Shown: positions 1 through 13,000 of the stretch, piece by piece
How positions within the stretch are numbered: position 1 is the first letter of the stretch
Layout: every line of letters starts with the position of its first letter
Assembly: GCA_965637545.1 (NCBI GenBank)
Contig: OZ281498.1
Span: 5,518,001-5,582,000, forward strand
Direction: 5' to 3'
Origin: Phallusia mammillata
Taxonomy: Eukaryota
DNA length: 64,000 nucleotides
Translations under genes and position numbers: made by a program
Notes under the pieces: generated by a model
Told to the model about the DNA's origin: nothing
What the model saw: only the letters and a program-made list of their open reading frames with translations
The model's database searches: none

Positions 1-249
1 ATTTGGCAACAATTCGCACCCATTGAAAAACAAAATTTGTGAGTTTTATGATTGGAAAGTTTAGCTATAATTAAATCTACTGACGCCTGAAAAGAGAAGT
101 TGTCAAATCGAAACCTCTATTGGTCGGAGCTCCATACCTTTACCCTTCCTGTTTTGGATCTCGTTGGTTTGGCCGAAAGCAAGTAAAACACAAATATTAA
201 CCCTAATTGGCGTTTCCTGTTCCCAGAGCAATACGAAATTCATTTCAGA

Positions 250-485
250 CGGGAAATGCGTAATTCTTTTGGTGTTTGGCTGCAGGGACTTCTTTACACT
301 TTGAATTGGAGCACAAGATTTGATAAAGAGTATGAGTCAGTTGGTTCGGTGAGGTGACGAGTCAAACCGTAGCAAGGGTAACAAGCACTCAGCCAAGATC
401 GTGCACGGCGAGTCAGATACGACTTTGCAAAATATAGTTGGAAACATGCGGACGACCAGACGCTCTTCTGATACATGTATAAAAA
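250..485 (+). promoter_or_regulatory. Putative C3 promoter: NF-kB-like, AP-1, C/EBP-like motifs and TATA box
   Basis: GGGAAATGCG (~251) and GGGACTCTTT (~285) are imperfect NF-kB-like motifs. TGAGTCA is at 333-339, with CGAGTCA variants near 358 and 409. TTGCAAAAT is at ~425-433 and TATAAAAA at 478-485. These are short motifs and could be chance. Confidence 0.35.
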
Positions 486-1002
486 CCGTGTAGCAAACGA
501 AGTTAACAAGTTGTGGGCTTGTCAAGCACATTTAACGGCCTACAAATGTAGTTGAAATCAAATAGATTTCCAGTTGTATGTGAATGAAATTCATGTTGAT
601 AAACCAAATCAACAAGTTGTAGATAACCTTCTGCTGCTGCAAGGGTCGCACTGTTAAATTGCAACTTGTTTTGCTAGAACAGTTTCGGTGACGCACGTTG
701 AATCAAGTACCCTAGTATCGAAAACATGTTGACTGAGAGTCGGATGGTTCGAAGAAAAATTTCCGGCAATAGGGCAATACTTGTTCTTTTTTCATCAAGC
801 CTTCTTAAAAGCCTCATTGTTGCCGGGTTATGAAGATAAACAACTTAGTTGCCGCTGGTCGAAAAGCGTATATTAAATAGGTTTAGGCCAAAATCTGATA
901 AGGTTTAAGCCAAAGGTTGATGCTAAAGGTGGAATAGGTGTCCTGCTGTTTTTATGAAGTTATTGCCAACTTACTTTTCAGCGTAGGTACAAGTACAATG
1001 AT

Positions 1003-4000
1003 ATGAAACAAATGATGATGATCGCGTTTTTGGTAATTTGTGCAGTCACTAGTGGAGCATTCGGGTGAGTGGACAAGGTCGTTACTAAGCAAACCAGGAA
1101 TAATAGTTTTTTAGCAAGTAAAATGTTTAAAACCAATATGTAGAAAGTTTTTATCTAACAAATTTGTCGTTCAACTGGTGTAATGCATAACAAAATACTA
1201 GTTGTTGTTTCAAGAACTTGTATTTGCTAACGTTTCGCCCACCATAACGGCAGGGCTTCATCAGAGCAATGAATGATGTATTGCGAGCAACAAGCGAAAA
1301 AGCGAAAAGTTTTTATCTTACAACTTGTGTTGCAGCCTTGACCACACTATCGTTGGTGCCAAGGAATTTCGTGTTGGTGCAACAAACAATGTCGTACTCA
1401 ACTTTCACGGATATGCCGGCACTGCCAATGTTGAAGTGTTCCTTCAGGTAGGAAGGATTGGTAAATTAGGCAATACTTGTTATCAAAACGATAAAGTAAC
1501 AACTTAAATGCTACTTTAATTATTTTTTGTCAATTTTGGAATTTTGTTTATAATCACACCGTCAACGTGTAAACAATTGAGCTTTATTTAAGTACATAAC
1601 ACCGGTGTTTTGTAGACTCTTCCTCGGCGGCTAAATCAATTTCCTGAATCGCTATCAGAGAGGGTTGACGTGACACAGCCATATGAGTTTAACTTACAGG
1701 TATTTTGTGCATATCTTGTAAAAGGATTGGCACAGCCCGCAGCCGGTAACACAAGTTTGTGAGACTGCGCAGATGATAAAAAATTTTAGTTATTTATTTG
1801 GCTTCCGAAACCAATTCGCTCAAAAACCCCTCCGAAAGCAAATTTCTTTGTTACTAAGTTATAATTTACTGACCAAAAACGGCCAGAAAAAGCGGCGGTT
1901 GTGGAAATAAGCATCTGTGAAGCGGCCGCTAATAGAAAAAGTGTACCCCTGTCATATAAAGTGCAAGAGCATCTGCTGCGAAGGTTTGTCGTTCCAACAA
2001 AAATCTTTCACTAATCTAAGGCAGGTTTTCACGTTTGCGCGACATAAACATTTTTCATGGCAATTTTACGCAAGATAACTCCAGAAGACTTGGTCGAACC
2101 GAATAACGGCGGAAACATGTATGTGGAATTACATGTCAACGTGGACCAATCGAATGAAAACTTTCAGGAAGCTATTCCGGTTCTTCTGAATTTTACCACT
2201 GGATACATGTTTGTATCCACCGATCGCCCTGCTTACAGGTATGTTAACACCAAACCTTGCGTGTGCCACACATTGAGCTTATTTCGGGTGGCGCAAAAAG
2301 CACGAATACCTATTTAATTTAAAACAATATATCTTCAAAAATGGTGAGGTTTCAGACTATTTGGGTTGTGGTATAAGGTATTATCTTAAAAAATAACAAA
2401 AATAACTTTGACTTCTAATCCAAATTATTGTTACTTCCTAACCTTGTCCCTTTTTTTCACGGGGTTCGAACCCAGGACACTCCCGGGGCCGAATCCCGAT
2501 CAAGGTTTTTTGTGTCTGTATACGGGTCAGGCGCCAGGCCGTTCGGCCAAGTTCCTGCCCAACCCTGTCCCTTTTAGCCGGTAAATTAATATTTTAGCCC
2601 TATGAGCCACATACCGGAATATAGCCAAATGCTTGGCTGCCGTGAAGTACACAAATAGTAGCTGTTTACCAAGTGCCCCCAATCACATCACTCTACCATC
2701 GAATTATTTTGTAGACCAGGAGACGAAATGAGGATCATTGCCATGCTTACCGATCAAAACCTTATGGACAGTCATGGTGTTGATGTTGATATCATTATCA
2801 AAGTAAGTGTCTATAGCTGCAAAGTTCATTATTTTGTCCTGAAAGGCGTCCTTTGGTAAATCAACCAACAATTAACAACATGTAACAGATATGATGGATT
2901 GTTTGGTGTGTTTACTGCAAATAAAATTTACATTTTTAGCACCAGCAGACTAGTAAAACAAGCCTAAATTTTCACTTCGTTTTGGTAAGAATCAATAGAC
3001 ATGTACATGGCCACAAGATTCTTTTGCAAAAGCTTGAAAACACTAACATCTTCAGAGAAATTTCTGAATAAAATGCAAACAAATGTTTTCATGTGAATTT
3101 CACATTTTGGCAGTACAAAACGACAAGTTACATTTATTTATCCATCAGACGCCGTTTGAAGAAGGTGGTCATGGTAAAATAGGTGTTCTCAAAGCCAAGA
3201 AAACAACGGCTGCAGGACATTTTATTATCCATGAATATCAAATCCCACCAGAACCTTTGCTCGGAAAATGGTTTATAGAGGTTTCTGCTCCAGTAAGTTT
3301 TGCACAAATATGTTTTTTGCATTAATTTTATTAGAATAACAGCTCCATTTCCCTCGATCTTATGTATAATTTAGGACTTGGGTATCAAAAGCGAAACCAC
3401 GGTCCTCATCGACAAATACAGTAAGTATTTCTAACGTATGTGAATGTAAATATACATTATTTGATTACAAAATACGACAGTGCCAGGATTTTGTAAGACT
3501 TTCAAACTTCAAGCCTGTGTGGCTGTTTTGTTTCTTGACAGCTTTACCAACTTTTAACGTCAAGATCAAAATGGATCAACACTTTATTCTACCTACCACC
3601 AATTTTATCAGTGGAACAATAAACGCCGACTACAGTTATGGCAAAAGGGTGACTGGCTCTTACTTCTTGTTTGTAAACCTTGTACGAGGTAGTGAAGTGT
3701 CCGAAACTGTGCAGATCTATCGACACCCGTCAAGCTTTACACAAAGGGTAAAGTATTTTCACGCTTCCAAGTTGCAATATGCGATATAAAACTGTATCGT
3801 CCTGAAGGCGGGAATTGTCAGCGGCCGCAAACGCTTTGAGATCAGCACAGAAGTAATAACCGAAGCTCTGGGTGAAGATGAAACCATGGAAGATCTTGTA
3901 GCTGAAGGCGCTTCCCTTACTGTGGAAGTCGCCGTTACCGGTGAGTACCCATGCAATTAGTGAGTGCCAAACGCTGACTTTATTTGATCTGGCGATAACC

Positions 4001-7000
4001 ACACAACCTCTGCAGGTGGCGCTGAGAGCATATACGAGAGCGACATTGTTTCCGACATCAGATTTACGAGTTCGCCTTACCTAATAGTCACTGACCGCAG
4101 CTCGCGATATTTCAACCCAGGAATTGTGTATGAAGTAAAGGTAAGTAGACCTGGCATGTAAAAACACACCATTTATAATTTGTTGAGAACAAAGAACCCA
4201 CTTTGACACTTTTATAGGCTAACGTTCTAGACTCTGTTACCAGAAAACCAATCAATGACGTTCCAGTGGCCGTTACAGGTACAGGTAGATTTTTCATGAT
4301 TCCAAATTGGTTGTTAGTAATGTTACTTTATTTTAAGTCGGTGATGTTGTAAAAAGATCCAATTCGGATGAGCGGGGTGAGATTGTGGCCAGTTTTGATC
4401 GAACCAGCGACGCACAGGAACTGCAAATCACGGTAAGTAAACTGTCCAGAAAATTACTAATTTCCTGCCGTTAGACATTTGTTGTGTTGACCAGTTGGTT
4501 TACCTTTGACCATACGACCACGACCACACCTTTTATTATTCGATAACATTTGATCCAAAATACCGTTAATTTTACAAGAATGCAAAGATTACTAGCGCCA
4601 GTTGTGCAAGCCAAAGGTCCATAAACATGCTTTCATTGTAATTGGCATGAATATGTTTGGCAGTTGACAACAGCAAAGGAAGGACTTCAAGCGGAAGATC
4701 AGTATAGCACCACTTACACAGCACTCAGGCACCAGGCAGGAGCACTGATGTCAATCAGTGTTGACACGTGAGTTCGCAGGGCTCACTTGTTTGCCAGTTT
4801 AAAGCATTGCTACATATTCTTTGCTTGTTCTCAGACACGGTGTTGTTGGACGGATGATGAACGCTGTGTTTCGCTTCGAACCAGACGATGTAAGCGGCGA
4901 CATCCGATACTACGTAAGTTTGCATGTTTGTTTAAAGTTTTTTACTCATTTCTGTGTTCTTGGTGTGATTTTAAGTCGATGGCTATAACTTAATGATGCA
5001 GTCGAGATCAGTAAATTTTCGGAAGCTGTCAATGGGCGCAAAATGCGAACCAGATTTGTCCATAAAAACAACCATTGCAATCTTAGGCATGTTTTTATCA
5101 CCTAGACCCGTTTTTACTAGGGCACTATAGCAAAGCAAAACAAATTGTGACACTACAAGAAAGAACCATATGATATATATAATATATATATCTATGTATA
5201 CATTCGCTAATCTGGCATCTTCGATTCCATCAATAAAAATAGATTGCAAAGACGAATTTTTGTGGCATAGACTACGGCAGTGGTTCTCAAACTTTTTGTT
5301 GTTGCGACGCCTCTGAAAAAGTTTTCTGGACTTGCGACGCACCAGCAAATAAAAGTTAATGATGAAACTTATTAAAGTTGTGTTTATTGATACAACCACA
5401 AAAAGCCACGAAAAGGAACCATTCTGCGACGCCTTTGGAAAATTGAAACGACGCACCAGGGCGTCGCGACGCACAGTTTGAGAACTACTGGACTACGGGA
5501 TCAAATAAAAAACGAGTTTTTTTTCAGATTGTTTCCAAGGGTCAAGTCGTTTCCATTGGTTTAATACCAATAGATCCAGGACACCGCGGAGATAAGACGC
5601 ATGATATTCCTATTACACATCAAATGGTTCCTTCCGCCCGCTTGGTTGCGTACTACATGCGCGGCAATGAGCTTGTTTCCAACTCAGTGTGGTTTGATGT
5701 CAACGACGTGTGTGGTGGAGAGGCAAGTACAACTTGTTGACTGTTACTGTGGACGAATATCATGAAAGGATTGTGTTTGCCTTGTTTCGTGAGCTACTGC
5801 TTTAACTGTGTACACTTTTTCAAAGGAACTTACAGTTACAACATCTGTGAGCGAGGCGCGACCTGGAGACGACATAACAATCAATGTGCGAGGTTAGTTA
5901 TAGTTAGTCCTATAAAAATAATATTTATGGGTTTGCGAAGAGGCCTAAGGTGAAAAACAATCCAATGCACTTGCTTCTTTGCCTATCAGAATGTTTACAC
6001 GTTAAAATCTCACCCGGCCCATTGGAGGCGTAACACTGAGCCTGGTTGTCTCTAAGTATTACACTTTTACAGGTAAAGCAATAATGTTAGCCTGCGGTGG
6101 GATTCGAACCCACGACAGTAGCCTTTCCGGGACTCGCGCTCTACAAACTAAGATACTGGCCGATGAGCCTGTTAAAAAGTCGAATCACAAGCAATGTTGT
6201 CTGCCTCGTTAATTATGTTTATTTAAAGAGTTTTTCGAAAAACACAAACTCACTTTTAACTTGATTTGTAAAGAGCTGTCCGTTTACCTAACAAGTCTTC
6301 AAACCACCTTTTTACAAAGGCAATCCGAACGCGCTATTTCATTTATCGGCGGTGGATCGCGCAGCTTACTTTGTGTACAACGGCAGTCGTCTGACGCGCG
6401 ATGTGATGTGGAACAAAATGCAGCAGTACGACAGCGCTTGTTCGCGTGAGGGCGGAAGCAACAACAAAGACGTTTTCGAGGTATTGCTGATCGGAAACAT
6501 ACTTGCAATTTGCCTGTATGCATTTTAGTTGGCCACACTGTAAATTCAAATCAGGTTTCTGACAATGACTATTTTAGAGCTGTGACTACAATTTTTACAT
6601 GATTTCAGGAAGCTGGACTGTTTATTGTTAACAACGCCCTTCGTCCCATATTATACGATCAACCAGTTTGCCCACAACCCGTACCGCGACGAAAGCGGCA
6701 GGTGGATGTGATGGTAGCTGAAACAACCAGAGGTAAGAAGCCAACATAATACATTTATTATATTGGAGCCCGACCTGGCCGGAATCCGATTTGTTTTTGA
6801 GAAGCCCGTTTAGGCCCGAAAGTTTGATTGACAGACCTATACATTAAGCCCTAGAAAAGACCAAGACAACAAACACAATAGACAATAGTAGACAATCAGT
6901 TTTGAACAAGGCGTTTTAGGGCTGTTTGACATTAGGTAAGTCCAGCAACTAGCTACTAAGCTCGTTAAATTTATTTAAAAAATACTGACACAGAGTGTCA

Positions 7001-10000
7001 GCCCGAAGCATGCCCGTTTTTTGAAGAAATCTAAGCCCGAAAAGCCCGGCCCGACTTATAGCTATGCCATGTACTACATTTGGCCACGTGCACATTGTAT
7101 TTCTTATTGCCACTGTGGTGCGCAGCTATTCTCTTGTGTTGAACTTACAGATTTAGCATTCCCTCATTGTGCCTTTGGGGCTTTGTCTTGCACTGATTGG
7201 CGTAGAACGCGCTTCTTTGCAATTAAGCAGGCACAAAAGGATCATGTTTAAAGAGTCAGGCTTTCTTAGGTTTGCTTGAGATTGGTGTTGGCTGTTGGTC
7301 ACATCAACTGTTTGCGCCATGTTTTGCCGTTTTACTATTTTATTGTTCAATTTGTGATACTTTTAGCTTTTCGAGTTATAACGGTGTTGAAGGAGCCCTT
7401 TTCAAGGATTTTTACCTCAACAGTTTTGACCATATCGAATAGGCCGAAGTTAATGCTTTATAAACTAGGATAGCATTTAGGTACACTATTCACGGTTTTG
7501 AATAATTTGAGCAAAAAAATCAGAGACAGTATTTGTATCTTCAGTCATATTCAGTTTGCCAGAACAAAAGTAATTTTAGAAATGTAGTCATGTTTTATAC
7601 ACAAATACTGGCTCTGATTTTTATGCTTGGGATAGCATTGCTTCACTAACTGTTATACACCATTAATCTTATACTGTTACAATAATTCAGTAACACAAGT
7701 AAGCTCTGTTTCAGGTCGCCAAACGTTTTTAGCAGACTGCGAAAGAAACGGTAGAGACACCGAAAGTGACGAATTATGTTTGAGACGAAAGTATCGTGTT
7801 TGGATCAACACCCAGGATTTGGAATGTGTTCGACTATTTGCTCAGGCGTGTCGGCAAGAGATGGCGCGGAAACGAAGGTAAATATACTAACTGTAATACA
7901 TGTTATGTAAGCAAAAGCAGCCCAAGACTTTATAAACCATTTGTCCTTGATTGTATTTTTTGAAAATAACTTTTAAACAAGAAAAAGATTGATATAACAA
8001 TACATAGAAAACATTGCCTGCTGAAAATCACCTTTACCAAGCAGTTTGCTTATAATATCCAGTGGGAAATTTGCTGGCTACTGCTTTATATGTGCTACTG
8101 CTAATTTGGGTACACAAAAAGGAATAGTTTAAAGTGAAATCAACTCTTTACAGTCGCAGTATTCCGGTGATTACTGTTCTCTACATCAACATAATCCAAA
8201 ACCCACTGTACAAACCCCTAGGCCCAAAAAATCATAATTTTGTTTGTCCTACTAGGGTTTTGTACACCACATTAGTTTTGGATTATTTGTGTACACAATG
8301 CACGGGTTTAAATACAATCAGCAAAAAAACACAACCCAATTATTTTGTGCAAATCATCCTTATCGTTATAAGCATATGATGCTTTACACACAAATATTGG
8401 CTTTTTTGCTTTAACTATACCGCCAATTTGCTTTGGTTTTCTAGAGGTAGATTTGGAAGATCGAACAGCGCTGAAAAAGTTGGTGAAGCGCAGGATCGTA
8501 AGAAGCAAAGAACAAACTTTGAAGAAAATTGGTTGTTTATTACCAGGAGTTTAAAGTAAGTGTTTGTATTTAAGGTGAGATTGAATAATGTTTTTTACAA
8601 AAATTTTATAACGACGATGTCACGTGAAAAATATGTCGGAATTGTTTTGATATTTTGAAAGATTAAACCTCCTTAGCCAATCGATCTTGACTTAAACAGA
8701 CACCAATTGTAAAAGCATATGTTTAGCAATGACGGTGGGTGGTCAGATACCAGGCCTGTACCAGGAAGTATCAGCACCTTTGAGTTCAACGCCTTCAGTT
8801 CCAGCAGTCAAGGTGAGAACTGTTATGTTTTGGTTTGTCGTAGCTAGAACCAGAAGGTTGTTATGCTGCTTGATAAGTCGTTGCTTGTTTCAGTTTTTTA
8901 CTTAGCAAACTGCATTTGTCTTTCAAAAATTACAAAAAAATGTTTGTTTGTGGTGTTTCCCTATTCTGCCCCATACAATTTTTTGTTGTTGCTTCTTTTC
9001 TGTTCATATTTTAGAATAAAAAATAACTGGTTAATTTTTTTTGTAGGCTTTTGTGTTGCCAAACCAGCCAACTTTCTTGTGTTTAAAAAGATCTTCATCC
9101 AGCTTTATCTTCCTTACTCTGTTCGGCTAATGGAACAAGCCAGCATTCGTTATTCAGTATTTAATTACAACCCGAATGAAATTGAGGTAAACCATATAGG
9201 ACACTTATTGTAAACGTTTTAGGAGCACGAAGCAACAAATCAGGGGTACTATAACACTAACACAAAGGCTTGTTCATGACAATTTGTTAAAAAGTAAAGT
9301 TTTAGTTTGGTGAAAGAAATTTATTGAATAAAGCACATAACACCACCGAATACGGAAATGGATGACGATTTTACTTTAGTAACTTAATATTAATAATACA
9401 ATAAGATTTTTATCTGTCATTGGAGACACGGGGGTAAAAAAAATCCGAAAACTTAAGGGGTATGCATAAATGTTTGAAAGCACTGATGTAAGAGTTGTCA
9501 ACAGGGTTACAGTTAAGTGGTGCGGGTCGGGACTCCAATTTCAGGCACGTTTGAAACTCTGGCGCAACAACCATCACGTTTGGGTTCATTATATTTAGGC
9601 GAGAGTTCAACTGAGACACTCCGAAGACTTATGTTCACAATTCTCTTCAAGTAAGTTAGCCATGTTTAACTTAACGATTGCCCTAAACATGTTAGAGTAC
9701 ACTTAATTCGTCGTATTATAGAGAAACAATTCCTGTTTAACTATAGACCTCGGTTAATTCGGACCAGTTTGGACCCAAACATTTGTCCACATTATAGGCG
9801 AGGATCCGAATAAAACGGTGTCGGTTAGTTCAAGCCTTTCACATTTCCAATTTTTTGTATGTTAAGTTTTGTCCGAATAATATGAAGATCTGATAAAACA
9901 AGTCAAGATTTAAGTGAGTTTTAAAGCAGTTGGTTTTAAAACGTCTGGAACTGATTTAACATATTAATAATTGAAAACAGCGCCTCAATCGACTAAAATT

Positions 10001-13000
10001 GTGCAAAAGGTTTTGGCAAACCGAAACTTAATGCAGCACTGCTTAGGCAAATGATACATGGTTACGGACAAAAATGGTTTCGTATCTAACAGAATGCATT
10101 CCTAACAATAAACAGAAACAATGAACACGATTGCCACATTACGAGTACCGGGCAATTCCGCCAAATCTTCCTATTTCACCGTGATGCCCATCAAAATTCC
10201 GGCTGACCCAAAAGGTGCCAGCATAGAAATGGCTGCTGACTCAGCGGCGGGAAATGACTTTCTTGTGAAGTATTTGCTAATTGAGGTACGGCTTTGGTTT
10301 ATCACTTGAATATTTTTTTTTACTTTTGGATTTTTTTGCATACAGCCAAGCGGTCTTTTAAACGAAAGCTCAAAGACTTTTGTTCTCACTCCTCCTCAGA
10401 ACATAGCCTTTAGCTTTTTAGTCCCAAACGACGGTTTTGAACCTAATACTCGAAAGTGTTGGATCTATGCATATGGTGAGAAGGCATGAAATACCTCTTA
10501 ATCATACAAAGCCGTTCAACATAAATTTATGTTTCAAGCCAACGTTCTTGGGCCTATTGCGACACCAGACCCGATCACCAACAGATACAACAACCTGCAG
10601 AACTTGATTCGTCAACCAGCAGGCTGTGGGGAGCAGAATATGATTAGAACAGCTCCTATTGTTTTCATTCATAAATATCGACTGGCCACAGGTCAGGTGT
10701 TAACAGGCGGCCCAGAAGAGCAGCAAGTGATTGACTACATTCGGCAAGGTGAACTCCTTAACTTGGTTGGTCTTAAGCTAGAAACTATACATAAAGACGA
10801 GTGTACAAAATTTACAGGAAATATAATTTCACAATCGATAACCAAATGTGTTCCGCTTTAAGGTTGGGCAAGGTGGGTAATTAAACTGAACACAACACAT
10901 TAAAAAGTATCTGACATGACTACGGCATCAAATTGAAATGCTTTTAGGTTGGGCAATTGAGCTTCAATGGCGATCAGACAGTGTAGGAAAGAGAGCCTGG
11001 GCTGTGTGGAACGGTGTGCCGCCAAGCGTTTGGTAAGTAATTGGGACTTTTCAAACTAATTAGAAATGATGGAAACATCAAAATTTTATGCTCTGAAAAT
11101 GTTTGAGTCCAAATAGGCTTATAAGTATAATAATCATTTTAACAACATGAAGTCCGTTTTGCTACATTTTCATTGGTAGTTATGAACAGAGAAGTAAGAA
11201 TGTTGGAACAGTTCAGTTGTATAAAGCAGATCTCCTAAAAGTTAATTTTTTATCAAACGATTTATTTGCGCTATTTTATATCAGAAACTTTTTTTAGTAT
11301 TTCCACTAATAATGAAAGTAAAAATAATTTCTTTCTAAAATAAATTCTTAGGTTGAACGCTTTTGTGGACCGAGTGTTCGTGGAGGCTCGAGACATAATG
11401 GTAGATCTCGATCCAGCACCCATTTGCTCGTCGCTGGTTTGGTTAATGGAACAGCAAAAGCAAGATGGCAGATTTGTGGAAAGCTACCCTGTTAGGCACC
11501 AAGAAATGGACGTATGTTATCAAAGCTTTAGCTGCACTGTTTACCATATTTATACACAGCACATTTTCAATTTTCGTTACATTGACACCTGGTTGTTGGT
11601 TGAGCGTTTTAAAGGGTAGATAAACTACAATATAACGGATAGATCAAGTTCATTGGCATGTTAAATTTGCTTTGCAGGGTTTAGTTCAAGGTGACATTGC
11701 GATGACGGCTTACGTGACTGTGACGCTTGGCATGGCTGGCCGGGCTTGTCCACACCTGGCAAGGAATCTTAATGAGGCGAAAGACAATGCCTTACGTTTC
11801 CTGGACGACCAATCGACCGCTATGATGAATAACGCATACGTAACAGCTGTGACGGCGTACGGACTTGCAATGAACGAGGGTTATGAAAATCTTGCACGCG
11901 CATGGAACAACAGGTAAAATGGCCATTTGGAGGTTGACACTGAAAAGTGGCGTTTTTGCTTTCGACCCAACAGAAATCAACCATATTTTTATGTTGTGCC
12001 CAAGTAATGAACCAATGAAGTTCTTAAACAATATATCCATACGCAGGTTTTTTTTAAGGTTTGGTTTGGGTGACCGCTAAGTAGTTTTAAGAGACTGCAA
12101 GTGTTCATTTAAATACCAAAAAATAGCCATATTTGCAAAAAAATAGCCATAAGTCCAAATTTTGGGAAACCGCTGGAGAAATTTGGGGGACCGTTTCGGT
12201 CCCCCAAAACACCTTAAAAAAAACACTGCCCATACGTATGTTCAAAATGTTCTGTCCTCCTCATTTTATACATGATATTTCAAACGAACGTTCTGTTATT
12301 ACCTATCTTTTTACCTAGATTGCGTGGCTTGTGCACTGAAACTGCACAGCATATTTACTGCCAAAGCGCCGGCGGCCAAGCGGGGAGAGTTGAAACAACT
12401 TCTTACGCTCTCCTGGCCCAGATCGCCCTTGTTTCCGATGTCGGTGGGTGTTTGTGAGATTTTTGTGAGATTTAGTGAAAAAGACAACCTAGTCTACACA
12501 AACAAATTCCTGGTTTTGTTTTTTTGTCAGCAACCGAGGATGAGATGTTACGGGTTCGTAAGATGGCTCTCTGGCTAATTGAGCAACGAAACAGTTTTGG
12601 TGGATCACAAACTACTCAAGACACAGTGATGGCTCTGCAAGCCTCTGCCGAATACATGAAGTGGATTCACACGATCGTGAGTTACAAAAGTGTATAAATC
12701 AGTATGTACTTGGCGACTATGTTACCTGACTTATCAGTCAATTACTTCCTGCAGGCAATGTATGCTTCGATGTACATGTGCAACAAGTAAAGCTTTGCGG
12801 AAAATAAATTATTGCTTTCCACAGAATATATTAACTGACGAATAATTCAATGTAACTGAAACTTAACTTCCGTATAAAGGAACATCAATTTTTTGTAAAG
12901 AACGCAGAACCTCCGCCAACTAATATGAACGTCACATTCTCGTCTATGTTTCATGGAGCTGACTGGCAAAACCAACCTGTGAAGATTGCATTGGACGAGT

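Noticed and set aside
4983-5474. 163-aa minus-strand ORF
   Set aside because: It lies in C3 intron 14, overlaps a MITE and an AT microsatellite, and has low-complexity composition.
5585-5593. RGD motif in the C3 beta chain (HRGDK)
   Set aside because: A tripeptide is expected by chance in 1700 aa, and there is no evidence of exposure or conservation.
6090-6160. Functional tRNA genes at 6090, 18200 and 56800
   Set aside because: The acceptor and D stems are broken, the loop lacks U33, and a shared non-tRNA 3' tail is present, which indicates SINE copies.
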